Below, in pieces: positions 18,777-27,823 of a stretch of 64,000 nucleotides of DNA (positions within the stretch are counted from its first letter, which is position 1; the number at the start of each line of letters is the position of its first letter). The notes beneath the pieces are model-generated. The model had not been told where the DNA came from, ran no database searches, and saw only the letters and a program-made list of their open reading frames with translations. The position numbers and the translations under genes were made by a program. Source of the DNA: an uncultured bacterium (GTDB lineage: Bacteria > Patescibacteriota > Minisyncoccia > Phycocordibacterales > UBA9973); NCBI GenBank assembly GCA_903894565.1, contig CAITQP010000005.1:28971-92970 (forward strand), read 5' to 3'.

Positions 18777-20312
18777 ATGAAAAATATTTTTCTTTCGATC
18801 AAGACGTATTATGAGTCTCACCCAAAACGATTTTGGGTTCTTGGCGCGGTTGTCGTAGTTGCGATTTTGTATGCGATATTCCATACAACCCCTAGCACAG
18901 TGACAGTCTATCCTGTCGCAAAGGCTGATTTGCAATCTACGATCCTTGCAACAGGACAAGTAACAAGCGCAACTGATCTCAGTTTGTCATTTTCTACAAA
19001 TGGGACGATTGAGACACTTCCAGTTGCTGTCGGCGACAGAGTTACGAAAGGTCAGATTATTGCAACATTAAACAATGCAAGTGAGTATGCCGCTCTCAAG
19101 TCTGCCCAAGCAAATTACCAAAAGGTGGTTCAAGGATCTTCGAACGAAGAAATCGCTGTTGCGCAAGCAGGACTTGCTTCAGCACAATCAAGTCTCGAAA
19201 GTGCAAAAAAAGTACAAGGCAATTTGGTTGCAAGTGCATATTCAGCGATGCTCAATGGTGATCTTTCACCTGAGTCAGTATCGGGAACTGTAACGATTGC
19301 TCCACTCTTGTCGGGAACATATTCAGGAAGCGGAGAGGGAGCATATACTATTACTACGTACTCAACAGGGAATGGTGGATACTTTTCATATGACGGAATT
19401 GAATCGGGGACTGGTCAGATCAATTCTGGGACAACGAGCGCTTTGGGGACACACGGTCTCTTCCTCCAGTTTCCCGCAAACTATCCGTTCGGAACGAACA
19501 CTCTTTGGAAAGTAACAATTCCGAATACAAAATCATCCAACTATCTTACTCGTTACAACGCATATCAAGATGCATTAAAAATGCAAGATAGTACGGTAGC
19601 TGCAGCTCAAGCTGCTGTTGTCCAAGCTCAGGCAAATCTTGATTTGAAGAAGGCGGGTGCACGATCTGCTGACCTCGATATCGCGAATGCGCAAGTGCTT
19701 TCTGCTCAAGCAACGTATGATAAGACGATCCTTGTTGCACCAGCGGGAGGTACTGTCGTTCATGTGGACTCAAAGATTGGTGAACAGGCCAAAGCGCAAC
19801 AGGAAGTTGTTACGATTCAGGACGTTGGCAATCTCTATGTTGAGGCGGATATCAATGAAACAAACATCGCACGTGTCGCGCTCGGTCAGCCTGTGCGCAT
19901 GACACTCGATGCATTTGGCCCAGACACTATTTTTACTGGATCAGTTATTCATATTGATCCATCTTCTACGACAGCTGATGGAGTCGTGAATTACAAAATG
20001 AAAGCATCAATTCAAAATCCAGTTTGTAAGGATACACAGGACTGCGTTGATCTGATCAAGGACAAGGTTCGCCCAGGCATGAATGCGAATATGATCATCA
20101 CAGCGTGGGACAAACCTGATGCTATTGCGATACCCAAAGCTGCGCTTATCAAGGAGAGCGATGGAACAACGAGCGTCAATTTGATTGTTGACGATAAGAC
20201 AGGTGAATACAAAAAACAAACAGTTGTCGTCGGCCTTGTCGGTGATGGCGAACTCGTCGAGGTCGTGAGCGGCCTCTCCGGTGGAGAGAAGATTGCAGTG
20301 GGTGCGAAGTAA
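18777..20312 (+). CDS. HlyD/MacA-family periplasmic adaptor (membrane-fusion protein)
   Basis: N-terminal TM anchor, biotin-lipoyl-like hairpin (GDRVTKGQIIATL), coiled-coil and beta-barrel regions. Confidence 0.8.
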   Translation: MKNIFLSIKTYYESHPKRFWVLGAVVVVAILYAIFHTTPSTVTVYPVAKADLQSTILATGQVTSATDLSLSFSTNGTIETLPVAVGDRVTKGQIIATLNNASEYAALKSAQANYQKVVQGSSNEEIAVAQAGLASAQSSLESAKKVQGNLVASAYSAMLNGDLSPESVSGTVTIAPLLSGTYSGSGEGAYTITTYSTGNGGYFSYDGIESGTGQINSGTTSALGTHGLFLQFPANYPFGTNTLWKVTIPNTKSSNYLTRYNAYQDALKMQDSTVAAAQAAVVQAQANLDLKKAGARSADLDIANAQVLSAQATYDKTILVAPAGGTVVHVDSKIGEQAKAQQEVVTIQDVGNLYVEADINETNIARVALGQPVRMTLDAFGPDTIFTGSVIHIDPSSTTADGVVNYKMKASIQNPVCKDTQDCVDLIKDKVRPGMNANMIITAWDKPDAIAIPKAALIKESDGTTSVNLIVDDKTGEYKKQTVVVGLVGDGELVEVVSGLSGGEKIAVGAK

Positions 20313-20315
20313 CCT

Positions 20316-21593
20316 ATGGCGGACCGCACACGCATCGAAAATTCATTTTCCCAAAACATTAAAGTCGGTTGGTATCTTGCCAAACGCGATATTAAGCGTG
20401 CCAATATTTGGACGACTGGACTCATCGTGCTCGTCATGACGTTTACGTTTCTTAATCTTGTCGTCGTTGCTGGAATTCTCGTCGGACTTATACAAGGCTC
20501 CGAGGATGCACAAAAAAAATATGCGATTGGAGACATTGTGATCTCATCTTTTTTGGATCACGCCTTTATTGAGCAGTCACCCAAAGTCGCAGATATTGCG
20601 AAAACAATCCCTGGATTTAAAGACGAAACTGTTCGCTATAGTGGGTCAGCAAAAGTGGAGAGTAACTATCGTAAGACACTTGCTCCAGGCGAAATTGCAG
20701 ATGGTGCAGGAGGTTCTTTCCTGGGTATTGATCCTGTTGCAGAAGAAAATTTTTCTGGTGTTTCAAAATTTGTCATTCGTGGACAATATCTCACACCGGA
20801 AGATCAGGACAGTGTTTTGATTGGTAAAAATTTACTCTATGAGTTTACTCCGATTGATGCACCTGGTTTTCAAACACTCAAAAATGTTTCGATTGGTTCG
20901 CGTATTCGTATTACGGTTGGGAATAACCAAAAAGAATATTATGTGAAAGGAATCGTGTCTTCAAAAGTCGATGTGTTTGATACGTCGGTGATTGGACTTG
21001 CAAGTGAAGTTCGCAAGATGACAGGCAGAACGGATTTGAACGCATCATCGATCGCGATTCAGCTTCTTCCGAACACCGATCCTATTGCAGCCAAACAATT
21101 CTTGCTTGATAGTGGTGTTGGTTCGTATGGGCGTGTGCAAACTGCTGCTGAAGCATTTCCAAAATTCTTGCAGGATATCAAGACCACATTCGCGATTCTT
21201 GGAAACGCGATCAGTGGTATTGGTTTGATTGTGGCATCAATCACAATTTTCATTGTTATTTTTGTCAACGCAATCACTCGTCGTAGATTCATTGGAATTT
21301 TGAAGGGGATTGGTATCAACCGTCGTGCGATATTATATTCCTACATGTTTCAAGCACTGATTTATGCATTGATTGGTGTGACGATTGGTATGTTTCTTGT
21401 ATTCGTGATTATCAAACCATATTTCTCTGCAAACCCGATCAACTTCCCATTCTCGGATGGTATTCTTGTTGCTACTGTTTCGGGTACATTCTTGCGCGCT
21501 GGAATCCTTATGGTGACGACGATAATCGCTGGATATATTCCTGCACGTATCGTTATTAAACAAAACACGTTGAGCGCGATTCTCGGAAGATAA
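20316..21593 (+). CDS. ABC transporter permease, MacB/FtsX family
   Basis: N-terminal TM, large periplasmic domain, C-terminal FtsX-like 3-TM bundle. Confidence 0.8.
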   Translation: MADRTRIENSFSQNIKVGWYLAKRDIKRANIWTTGLIVLVMTFTFLNLVVVAGILVGLIQGSEDAQKKYAIGDIVISSFLDHAFIEQSPKVADIAKTIPGFKDETVRYSGSAKVESNYRKTLAPGEIADGAGGSFLGIDPVAEENFSGVSKFVIRGQYLTPEDQDSVLIGKNLLYEFTPIDAPGFQTLKNVSIGSRIRITVGNNQKEYYVKGIVSSKVDVFDTSVIGLASEVRKMTGRTDLNASSIAIQLLPNTDPIAAKQFLLDSGVGSYGRVQTAAEAFPKFLQDIKTTFAILGNAISGIGLIVASITIFIVIFVNAITRRRFIGILKGIGINRRAILYSYMFQALIYALIGVTIGMFLVFVIIKPYFSANPINFPFSDGILVATVSGTFLRAGILMVTTIIAGYIPARIVIKQNTLSAILGR

Positions 21594-21594
21594 T

Positions 21595-22275
21595 ATGATA
21601 GAAGTAAAAAAACTCACCAAAATATTTATATCAGGCGAACAAAGGATAGTAGCGCTTGATAACCTTACTTTTAGTGTGCCAGAAGGACAATTCCTCACGG
21701 TCACAGGAAAATCTGGCTCAGGAAAATCAACATTACTGTATCAGCTTGGGTTGCTTGATTTGCCCACAAGCGGGGAAGTCCTCATTGACGGAGTTGATAT
21801 GATACCCGTATCTGAGAACGAACGAACAATGACCCGACTGAACGATCTTGGATATATTTTTCAAGACTACGCGATTATTCCTTCACTGACAGCACTTGAA
21901 AATACTGTTGTGCCACTTCTGATGCAAGGATACCCACTTCCTGAAGCCGAAGAGAAAGCAAAGAAAGCACTTATTCGAGTTGGTCTCGGCGATCGTATGA
22001 ACAATCTGCCAAGCCAGCTTTCGGGAGGTCAGCAACAACGTGTTGCGATCGCACGCGCGATTGGTCACAGTCCAAAAATTATTTTTGCCGATGAACCAAC
22101 TGCCAACCTTGATTCAGAAACATCTGATCAAGTTATTCAAACATTCATCGACCTCAACAAGGAAGGGCAGACTATCGTCATGGTGACGCATGAGCCGGAA
22201 TATGCTAAATTGGCGCATCGCACAATCACGATGGCTGACGGCAAAGTCCTGAGTGATGTCATGAACAAAAAGTAA
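21595..22275 (+). CDS. ABC transporter ATP-binding protein (MacB/LolD-like)
   Basis: Walker A GKSGSGKST, signature LSGGQQQRVAIARA, Walker B IFADEPTANLD. Confidence 0.9.
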   Translation: MIEVKKLTKIFISGEQRIVALDNLTFSVPEGQFLTVTGKSGSGKSTLLYQLGLLDLPTSGEVLIDGVDMIPVSENERTMTRLNDLGYIFQDYAIIPSLTALENTVVPLLMQGYPLPEAEEKAKKALIRVGLGDRMNNLPSQLSGGQQQRVAIARAIGHSPKIIFADEPTANLDSETSDQVIQTFIDLNKEGQTIVMVTHEPEYAKLAHRTITMADGKVLSDVMNKK

Positions 22276-22297
22276 TTGGGCGCTCCCGTTCAAACCT

Positions 22298-22996
22298 ATG
22301 CATTTCTACGTTATAACACTATTTCCCGAAGCCTTTGATTCATATCTCAATGAGTCAATCATTGGTCGTGCAATCAAAGAAAAACGGATCAAAGTCACGT
22401 TTGTAAATCCGCGAATGTTCGTCTCGGGCAAGAAGTACAAACGCGTATGGCCTGACGGCAACGTGTCACGCATCGTGGATGATCGTCCATTCGGTGGAGG
22501 CCCGGGAATGATTATCCGCGCGGAACCTGTCTTGAAAGCGGTTGAAAGTATTGCGAAGAAAATTGCAAAAAAAGAGAATCGAAAAACAAAAATCATTCAC
22601 TTCAGTCCGAGCGGAACAAAATTTACAACGAGCTACGCGAAAGCGACCGTGAAGAAATATACCGATGTCGTTATGCTGTGCGGACGATATGAGGGGATCG
22701 ATGCGCGTGTTGCGAAGATATTGAAAGCAGAAGATGTTTCAATTGGAGATTATGTGCTCACGGGAGGGGAGCTTCCAGCGATGGTGCTCATCGATTCGAT
22801 GGCGCGCCAAATCCCTGGCGTGCTCGGCACATTCGATTCGCTCGAAGAAGAGCGTGTCTCGTCGAGCGAATTCTATACTCGCCCAGAAGTGCTCGAATGG
22901 AAGAAAAAAAAATATGCAGTGCCACCCGTCCTCCTCTCAGGCGACCACAAGAAAATTGAAGCATGGAAAATGGAACACAATAAAAAAGAACCGTAA
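22298..22996 (+). CDS. trmD: tRNA (guanine37-N1)-methyltransferase
   Basis: MHFYVITLFPEAF... SPOUT/TrmD motifs, 232 aa. Confidence 0.9.
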   Translation: MHFYVITLFPEAFDSYLNESIIGRAIKEKRIKVTFVNPRMFVSGKKYKRVWPDGNVSRIVDDRPFGGGPGMIIRAEPVLKAVESIAKKIAKKENRKTKIIHFSPSGTKFTTSYAKATVKKYTDVVMLCGRYEGIDARVAKILKAEDVSIGDYVLTGGELPAMVLIDSMARQIPGVLGTFDSLEEERVSSSEFYTRPEVLEWKKKKYAVPPVLLSGDHKKIEAWKMEHNKKEP

Positions 22997-23021
22997 TATT
23001 TATCTATTACGGTTCTTTTTT
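22982..23021. terminator. Bidirectional hairpin terminator overlapping the trmD stop
   Basis: AAAAAAGAACCGTAAT-ATTTATCT-ATTACGGTTCTTTTTT, between trmD (+) and the convergent gene 23028-23579 (-). Confidence 0.5.
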
Positions 23022-23027
23022 GATTTC

Positions 23028-23579
23028 TTAGAAAATGTTAGAACGATATTCGTCCTCTTTTGTAATCAAGGCGAGATAACCGTTTTTTAACATAAGGTTT
23101 TTTTTCATATCAACAAAAGGCCACAGGTATAAAAGTGCGTTCGCAATTGTAATACTTGTAATTACAAGAATGTGTACTTCGTCTCTCGAATTAAATGTAT
23201 CGAGACACAGGGTGAATGCTGACGTTGCTTCCATCCAGTAATCACTTGCCCGCATATCATTCATGTATTCAAGACGCTTGCCATTAGGATCCAAATCCAC
23301 GTTTATTTGGTTAAATAATGAAGTACCGGTGAGTTGATATCTTCCATTGTATCCTTGAAGCACTTCCATTGAGATTGTGAACAGAGGATCATTCGCTTGA
23401 CCTGTCAGCAAATGGGTGATAACAGGTGTTGATTTCGTAATTTTTCCAGCTAGATGATTTTTCGTTTCTAAATCTAGATTTTGCGGATTTACCGCGACGA
23501 TTGTTATTGTTGATTTTATCATTGGTACAAGTTTTGATACTTTATACAACATTTTTATAAATTTAGCAAGCATGGGCAA
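23028..23579 (-). CDS. Hypothetical protein (183 aa, C-terminal hydrophobic segment)
   Basis: ORF with no recognisable motif. Divergent from the Cys-rich gene. Confidence 0.45.
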   Translation of the reverse strand: MPMLAKFIKMLYKVSKLVPMIKSTITIVAVNPQNLDLETKNHLAGKITKSTPVITHLLTGQANDPLFTISMEVLQGYNGRYQLTGTSLFNQINVDLDPNGKRLEYMNDMRASDYWMEATSAFTLCLDTFNSRDEVHILVITSITIANALLYLWPFVDMKKNLMLKNGYLALITKEDEYRSNIF

Positions 23580-23627
23580 AAATAGTATTCACTAGAACAC
23601 GAACTGCGCTCATGGTACTGTTAGTGC

Positions 23628-23792
23628 ATGCAAGAAACACACACGTGTCGTATCTGCTCACATGACTTCGCTATAACCGAGGAGGATTTTGGATTTTATG
23701 AGAAGATGGCCGTGCCTGCGCCAACACTTTGTGCTGAGTGCCGTCAACAACGTCGCTACGCATGGCGCAACGAGCGCACATTGTATCGCTGA
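23628..23792 (+). other. 54-codon zinc-ribbon module (CxxC-x27-CxxC) ending at an in-frame TGA; apparent N-terminal part of the downstream Cys-rich gene
   Basis: ATG 23628: MQETHTCRICSHDFAITEEDFGFYEKMAVPAPTLCAECRQQRRYAWRNERTLYR-TGA(23790-23792)-TCDFCGK... Same frame as the 23820 ORF. Homologous to the C-terminal module of that ORF. Confidence 0.55.
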
Positions 23793-23819
23793 ACGTGCGA
23801 CTTTTGTGGCAAAAGTACG

Positions 23820-25319
23820 GTGACAATTTATTCTCCAAACAAACCATTCAAAGTATATTGTGTTCCGTGTTGGTGGAGTGACGGTTGGGATCCCGCAAGC
23901 TTCGGACGTGACTACGATTTCTCACGACCGTTTTTTGAACAATTTAGCGGGCTCCAACATGAGGTGCCACGCATGGCATTACTCACGAAAAATAGTATCA
24001 ATTCTGAATACACAAATCATTCCGGTGATAATAAAAATGTGTATCTTTCCTTTGCTGCTTTTGGATCAGAGAATGTATGGTACAGCACCTGGGCCATGAA
24101 GTCTCGTGACTGCATGGACTGTAGTTTTATTGCCGACAAAGGTGAGCGTTTATATTTTGTTTCTGATTCTCGCACTTCGTATAAGTGTCAGTACGGAATT
24201 TTCTTGAAAGACTGTTCCTCGTGTCACTACGTATACGATGCTCACGGATGTACTAATTGTTTTATGTCGTCGAATATGCGAAACAAGAGCTACATGTTTC
24301 GGAATGAGCAATGCACTCGAGAAGAATATTTTCAAAAAATGCAGGAAATTGATTTGTCTTCATTCGAGACGAGAGAAACATTGAGTGAAGAGTTCGAAGT
24401 GCTAATGGAAATTGGTTCCATACATCGTTATGTCGTTAGTGAGCGCAATGCTAACTCAATTGGGTCTCTTATGTACGATTGTAAAAACGTTACTGATTCT
24501 TTTGAAACAAACAAATGTGAGGACTCTAAATATATTTATGGTGGAATAGAAAATAGAAACTGCGCGGATATTTACCATGTTGGCTATAACGTTGAACTTT
24601 GTTACGAACTGCAAGGCTGTACTCGAGTGACGAATTCAGCGTTTTGTCATTTGTGCTACGACAATACGTTTTTGCAGTATTGTGATTCCTGCCAGAATAG
24701 TCAGAATTTGTTTGGGTGTGTATCGATAAAAAAAGGTGAGTACATGATTCTCAATAAAAAATATTCCAAAGAGGAATATACTTATCTTCGCGCGAGAATC
24801 ATCGAGCAGATGAAATCGACTGGTGAGTATGGTGAATTTTTCCCACCAAATATTGCACCTGTGTATTACAACGAAACACAAGGCGCACTCTATATGCCAC
24901 TCTCGAAAGAGGAAACGCTTGCTCGTGGCTGGCAGTGGGAAGACAACCTTCCAGGGACATACGGCAAAGAGACGGTCACTCCGGAGAATGTACCTGATTC
25001 GATTCTCGAGGTGTCAGACTCAGCGACCAAAGAAATTTATCGTTGCATGACGTGCACGAAGAATTTTAATATCGTACCTGATGAACTCGCGTTCTATCGT
25101 CGAGAAATAATTCCACTTCCGCGCCGCTGCCCTGATTGTAGATACAAACGTCGTTTTGCACTTCGTCCACCACGCAAGCTCTGGCCGAGGACATGTATGT
25201 GTACACGGACGAATCACGAACACGGAGATACGTGTCCGAACACATTCGAGACTCCATTTGCCCCCGAACGACCTGAACAGGTATTTTGTGAAGCGTGTTA
25301 TCAGCAGGAAGTGATATAA
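23820..25319 (+). CDS. Cys-rich multi-zinc-ribbon protein (about 28 Cys, about 4 CxxC-pair ribbons); no Met start of its own unless translation continues from the upstream segment
   Basis: 499-aa ORF from GTG 23820: ...CDFCGK..CVPCWW..., many CxxC pairs. C-terminal module CMTCTKNFNIVPDELAFYRREIIPLPRRCPDCRYKRR. Stop TAA. Confidence 0.7.
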   Translation: MTIYSPNKPFKVYCVPCWWSDGWDPASFGRDYDFSRPFFEQFSGLQHEVPRMALLTKNSINSEYTNHSGDNKNVYLSFAAFGSENVWYSTWAMKSRDCMDCSFIADKGERLYFVSDSRTSYKCQYGIFLKDCSSCHYVYDAHGCTNCFMSSNMRNKSYMFRNEQCTREEYFQKMQEIDLSSFETRETLSEEFEVLMEIGSIHRYVVSERNANSIGSLMYDCKNVTDSFETNKCEDSKYIYGGIENRNCADIYHVGYNVELCYELQGCTRVTNSAFCHLCYDNTFLQYCDSCQNSQNLFGCVSIKKGEYMILNKKYSKEEYTYLRARIIEQMKSTGEYGEFFPPNIAPVYYNETQGALYMPLSKEETLARGWQWEDNLPGTYGKETVTPENVPDSILEVSDSATKEIYRCMTCTKNFNIVPDELAFYRREIIPLPRRCPDCRYKRRFALRPPRKLWPRTCMCTRTNHEHGDTCPNTFETPFAPERPEQVFCEACYQQEVI

Positions 25320-25357
25320 TACAAGTCTACTAGCGTGCGTAGCGAGCTCTCTATTTC

Positions 25358-26725
25358 ATGAAAGTATTCATCTCAAGCATTGTTATTGTGTTCTTGATTG
25401 TCTCAGGGTATTTTTTGTTCCACCGCGCAACTGCGCCAAAGACTGCTCCAGCGCCTGCTGTTGGGAAAACGTCGTTTTCAGTTTTGATTGCTGTTCCGCT
25501 TCCAGGGTCGCTTTTGACGGCGACACAGTCAGTCGTCGCGATAGCGACGACGAATAGTACGCTCAAGGATATCGTTCTTCAAATCGATGGCATTACGGTG
25601 GCGACATGCACAACATCGCCGTGTTCGTATGATTGGGATACAACGAAGTCTGCGAATGGTAGGCACACCATTCTAGCAACGGCGAGCGACGAGACTCTGG
25701 CTGTCATAAAAACGGAACCACTGTTCGTTACGGTCAGCAATCAACCAGTCACACAGAATGCCACTCCAAAAAATACACCGGCCAAATCAGAGACCCGAGC
25801 AACACCCGTCGTGACGCATCCGATTGTGTCAAAACCTACACCAACCCCAGTACCGATTGTGCAAGTCAAAAAAGCAGGAACACCTGATCCATTGCCCACA
25901 ATCACGCAAAGTCCGCTCGTGAATGATTCGTCGAGCACAGAAATGCTTTCGTGGAAAACGAATGTGCCGACGACATCACATGTGCAATATGGTACGACGA
26001 GTTCAACGACGAGCACGTATCCAATGACGACACCTGAAGAGACTGTTCTGTCGACCGATCACACCGTCAAACTCACACAGCTCGTTGCTGGCAAGACGTA
26101 CTATTATCAAATCGTCGCGAGCGATGCGAGCGGACACGTGGTCACTTCGGCAGAAAAATCCTTTACGATTCCTGTGATGACGATTATGGCTATCACTGCG
26201 TCAGATTTGTTTGCGACGACGGCGACTATCAAGTGGACGACGAATTTTAAAACAGAAGGGCAGGTGATTTGGGGGCCGACGAGTTCGAGTGTCGGGCAGT
26301 ATAGTTATAGTACGGTGCAATCGAGTGATTTTACGACGGCACATACGGCCACAGTGACACAGGCGAGCGCGGGCACGACGTACTTCTATCGAGTCATCTC
26401 GATTGATTCTGCGGGCAACAAAGTCACCTCACCAGAGTCGACATTCACGACATCGAAGATTACGATTGGCTCGACTCATTATTCTGTGCAAGGGGAGACG
26501 ATTGAATGGCAGACGACGACTGCTGTCAAAAGCGAACTCAAGTACGGCACGCAGAGTCTGACGACGAATGCGTACCCATTTAACGTTACTGATGGCAATT
26601 TGGTTATTTCACACTCAACACTGCTTCCAGGAATAAGCTCAAACACGACATACTACTATCGCATCACAACGACAGATGCATCGGGTGTCAAGGTTACCTC
26701 GCCAGAGTATTCTTTCAACAGTTAG
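25358..26725 (+). CDS. Membrane-anchored surface protein with a bacterial Ig-like domain and three FN3-like repeats
   Basis: N-terminal TM anchor. Three repeats of the pattern W.T......V.YG.......H.V.L..L...T.YYY.V...D..G....S....FTT (purple-acid-phosphatase-N / FN3-like). Stop TAG. Confidence 0.75.
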   Translation: MKVFISSIVIVFLIVSGYFLFHRATAPKTAPAPAVGKTSFSVLIAVPLPGSLLTATQSVVAIATTNSTLKDIVLQIDGITVATCTTSPCSYDWDTTKSANGRHTILATASDETLAVIKTEPLFVTVSNQPVTQNATPKNTPAKSETRATPVVTHPIVSKPTPTPVPIVQVKKAGTPDPLPTITQSPLVNDSSSTEMLSWKTNVPTTSHVQYGTTSSTTSTYPMTTPEETVLSTDHTVKLTQLVAGKTYYYQIVASDASGHVVTSAEKSFTIPVMTIMAITASDLFATTATIKWTTNFKTEGQVIWGPTSSSVGQYSYSTVQSSDFTTAHTATVTQASAGTTYFYRVISIDSAGNKVTSPESTFTTSKITIGSTHYSVQGETIEWQTTTAVKSELKYGTQSLTTNAYPFNVTDGNLVISHSTLLPGISSNTTYYYRITTTDASGVKVTSPEYSFNS

Positions 26726-26754
26726 GGGATTAGGCTGTTTCCTCGAGAGAGATA

Positions 26755-26763
26755 TGGTATAAT
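26755..26763 (+). promoter_or_regulatory. Extended -10 promoter element TGGTATAAT upstream of the SWIB gene
   Basis: TGnTATAAT match, 45 nt upstream of ATG 26809. Confidence 0.45.
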
Positions 26764-26808
26764 GGCAGGAGTAGCATTTATTATAATCAGTAATTAAGAA
26801 TCAATATC

Positions 26809-27105
26809 ATGGCTGAGAAAAAAGTAGTAGCAAAAAAAACAGTTGCAAAAAAAGCAGGAGGAACATCTGCATTTATGAAACCAATGAACATCAGTGACGA
26901 GCTTGCGCTCGTTGTTGGAAAAGGCCCAATGCCTCGTTCAGAAGTAGTGAAGGCTCTCTGGGCTTACATCAAGAAGAATAAACTTCAGGATGAGAAAAAC
27001 AAGCGCAATATCAACGCTGACGACAAACTCAAGGCCGTCTTCGCAGGAAAGAAGGTCGTGAACATGTTCGAAATGACAAAGCTCGTTTCTGCACACCTTT
27101 CCTAA
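26809..27105 (+). CDS. Standalone SWIB/MDM2-domain protein with a Lys/Ala-rich N-terminal tail
   Basis: LALVVGKGPMPRSEVVKALWAYIKKNKLQDEKNKRNINADDKLKAVFAGKKVVNMFEMTKLVSAHL matches the SWIB-domain consensus. N-terminus MAEKKVVAKKTVAKKAGG. Confidence 0.8.
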   Translation: MAEKKVVAKKTVAKKAGGTSAFMKPMNISDELALVVGKGPMPRSEVVKALWAYIKKNKLQDEKNKRNINADDKLKAVFAGKKVVNMFEMTKLVSAHLS

Positions 27106-27122
27106 TCAGAGGCATGCGATGT

Positions 27123-27155
27123 AAAAACCACAAGAGGTAATCTCTTGTGGTTTTT
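27123..27155 (+). terminator. Intrinsic terminator after the SWIB gene
   Basis: AAAAACCACAAGAG-GTAAT-CTCTTGTGGTTTTT. Confidence 0.65.
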
Positions 27156-27190
27156 AGTTTTCGTTTAACATGCAGTGATACAGTATCAAT

Positions 27191-27499
27191 ATGAATATCG
27201 AAACGATCACTTCGCAAATCGATGACTTCATTTTGAAGCTTAAACCGGAAACGCGAGCTCGGGTGATTCGAGTCATAGAATTGCTCGAAAAATACGAAAA
27301 TAAGCTTGGCATGCCTTTCAGTAAAAGCATCGGGAATGCCTTGTTTGAACTTCGTATAATAGGAAAGGAACATATTCGCATTGTGTATTGTTTCCATAAG
27401 AATACTATTTTCTTACTTACTGTTTTTAACAAGAAAACAAGCAAGATTCCTCGATCTGAAATTGAACTCGCAAAGAAAAGAAGAAAAATGCTTGTATAA
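27191..27499 (+). CDS. Type II toxin, RelE/ParE superfamily (HigB/Gp49-like)
   Basis: 102 aa, ...SIGNALFELRIIGKEHIRIVYCFHKNTIFLLTVFNKKTSKIP... typical of HigB-like mRNA interferases. Upstream of an XRE antitoxin. Confidence 0.75.
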   Translation: MNIETITSQIDDFILKLKPETRARVIRVIELLEKYENKLGMPFSKSIGNALFELRIIGKEHIRIVYCFHKNTIFLLTVFNKKTSKIPRSEIELAKKRRKMLV

Positions 27500-27527
27500 C
27501 GTATATGGTATATGGTATCATATACAA

Positions 27528-27797
27528 ATGACACGATTTAAAAAAGTAAAAAAAATTGCACTCAAAGACCCCGGTACTCGAAAAGCATACAGAGAAATGG
27601 ATCTTGAGTTTTCGATAGTCAGCCAAATCATTGAAAAACGAATTCAGCTCGGATTGTCTCAAAAGGACCTTGCACTTAAAATTGGTACGAAGCAACCCTC
27701 GATTGCGCGATTTGAGTCGGGTACATACAACCCAACAGTCGTATTTTTACAGAAGGTTTCAAGAGCGCTCGGCGGAGAACTGAAAATAACCATATAA
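27528..27797 (+). CDS. HTH XRE-family antitoxin (HigA-like)
   Basis: LGLSQKDLALKIGTKQPSIARFESG helix-turn-helix, 90 aa, immediately downstream of the toxin. Confidence 0.75.
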   Translation: MTRFKKVKKIALKDPGTRKAYREMDLEFSIVSQIIEKRIQLGLSQKDLALKIGTKQPSIARFESGTYNPTVVFLQKVSRALGGELKITI

Positions 27798-27800
27798 CAA

Positions 27801-27823
27801 CTCTTGACTCTTGACTCTTGACC
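27801..27823 (+). repeat. Tandem heptamer (CTCTTGA) x3 creating three overlapping TTGACT/TTGACC -35-like hexamers upstream of rpoB
   Basis: ctcttgaCTCTTGACTCTTGAcc; a TAATAT -10-like hexamer lies 16 nt after the second TTGACT. About 190-nt structured leader before the rpoB ATG. Confidence 0.7.

Noticed and set aside
23790-23816. Bacterial SECIS element directly after the in-frame TGA
   Set aside because: Only a 7-bp AU-rich hairpin with a 3-nt loop at +8. It does not resemble the ~17-bp fdhF-type SECIS, and no sel genes are visible in the window. Kept only as a weak possibility inside the main finding.
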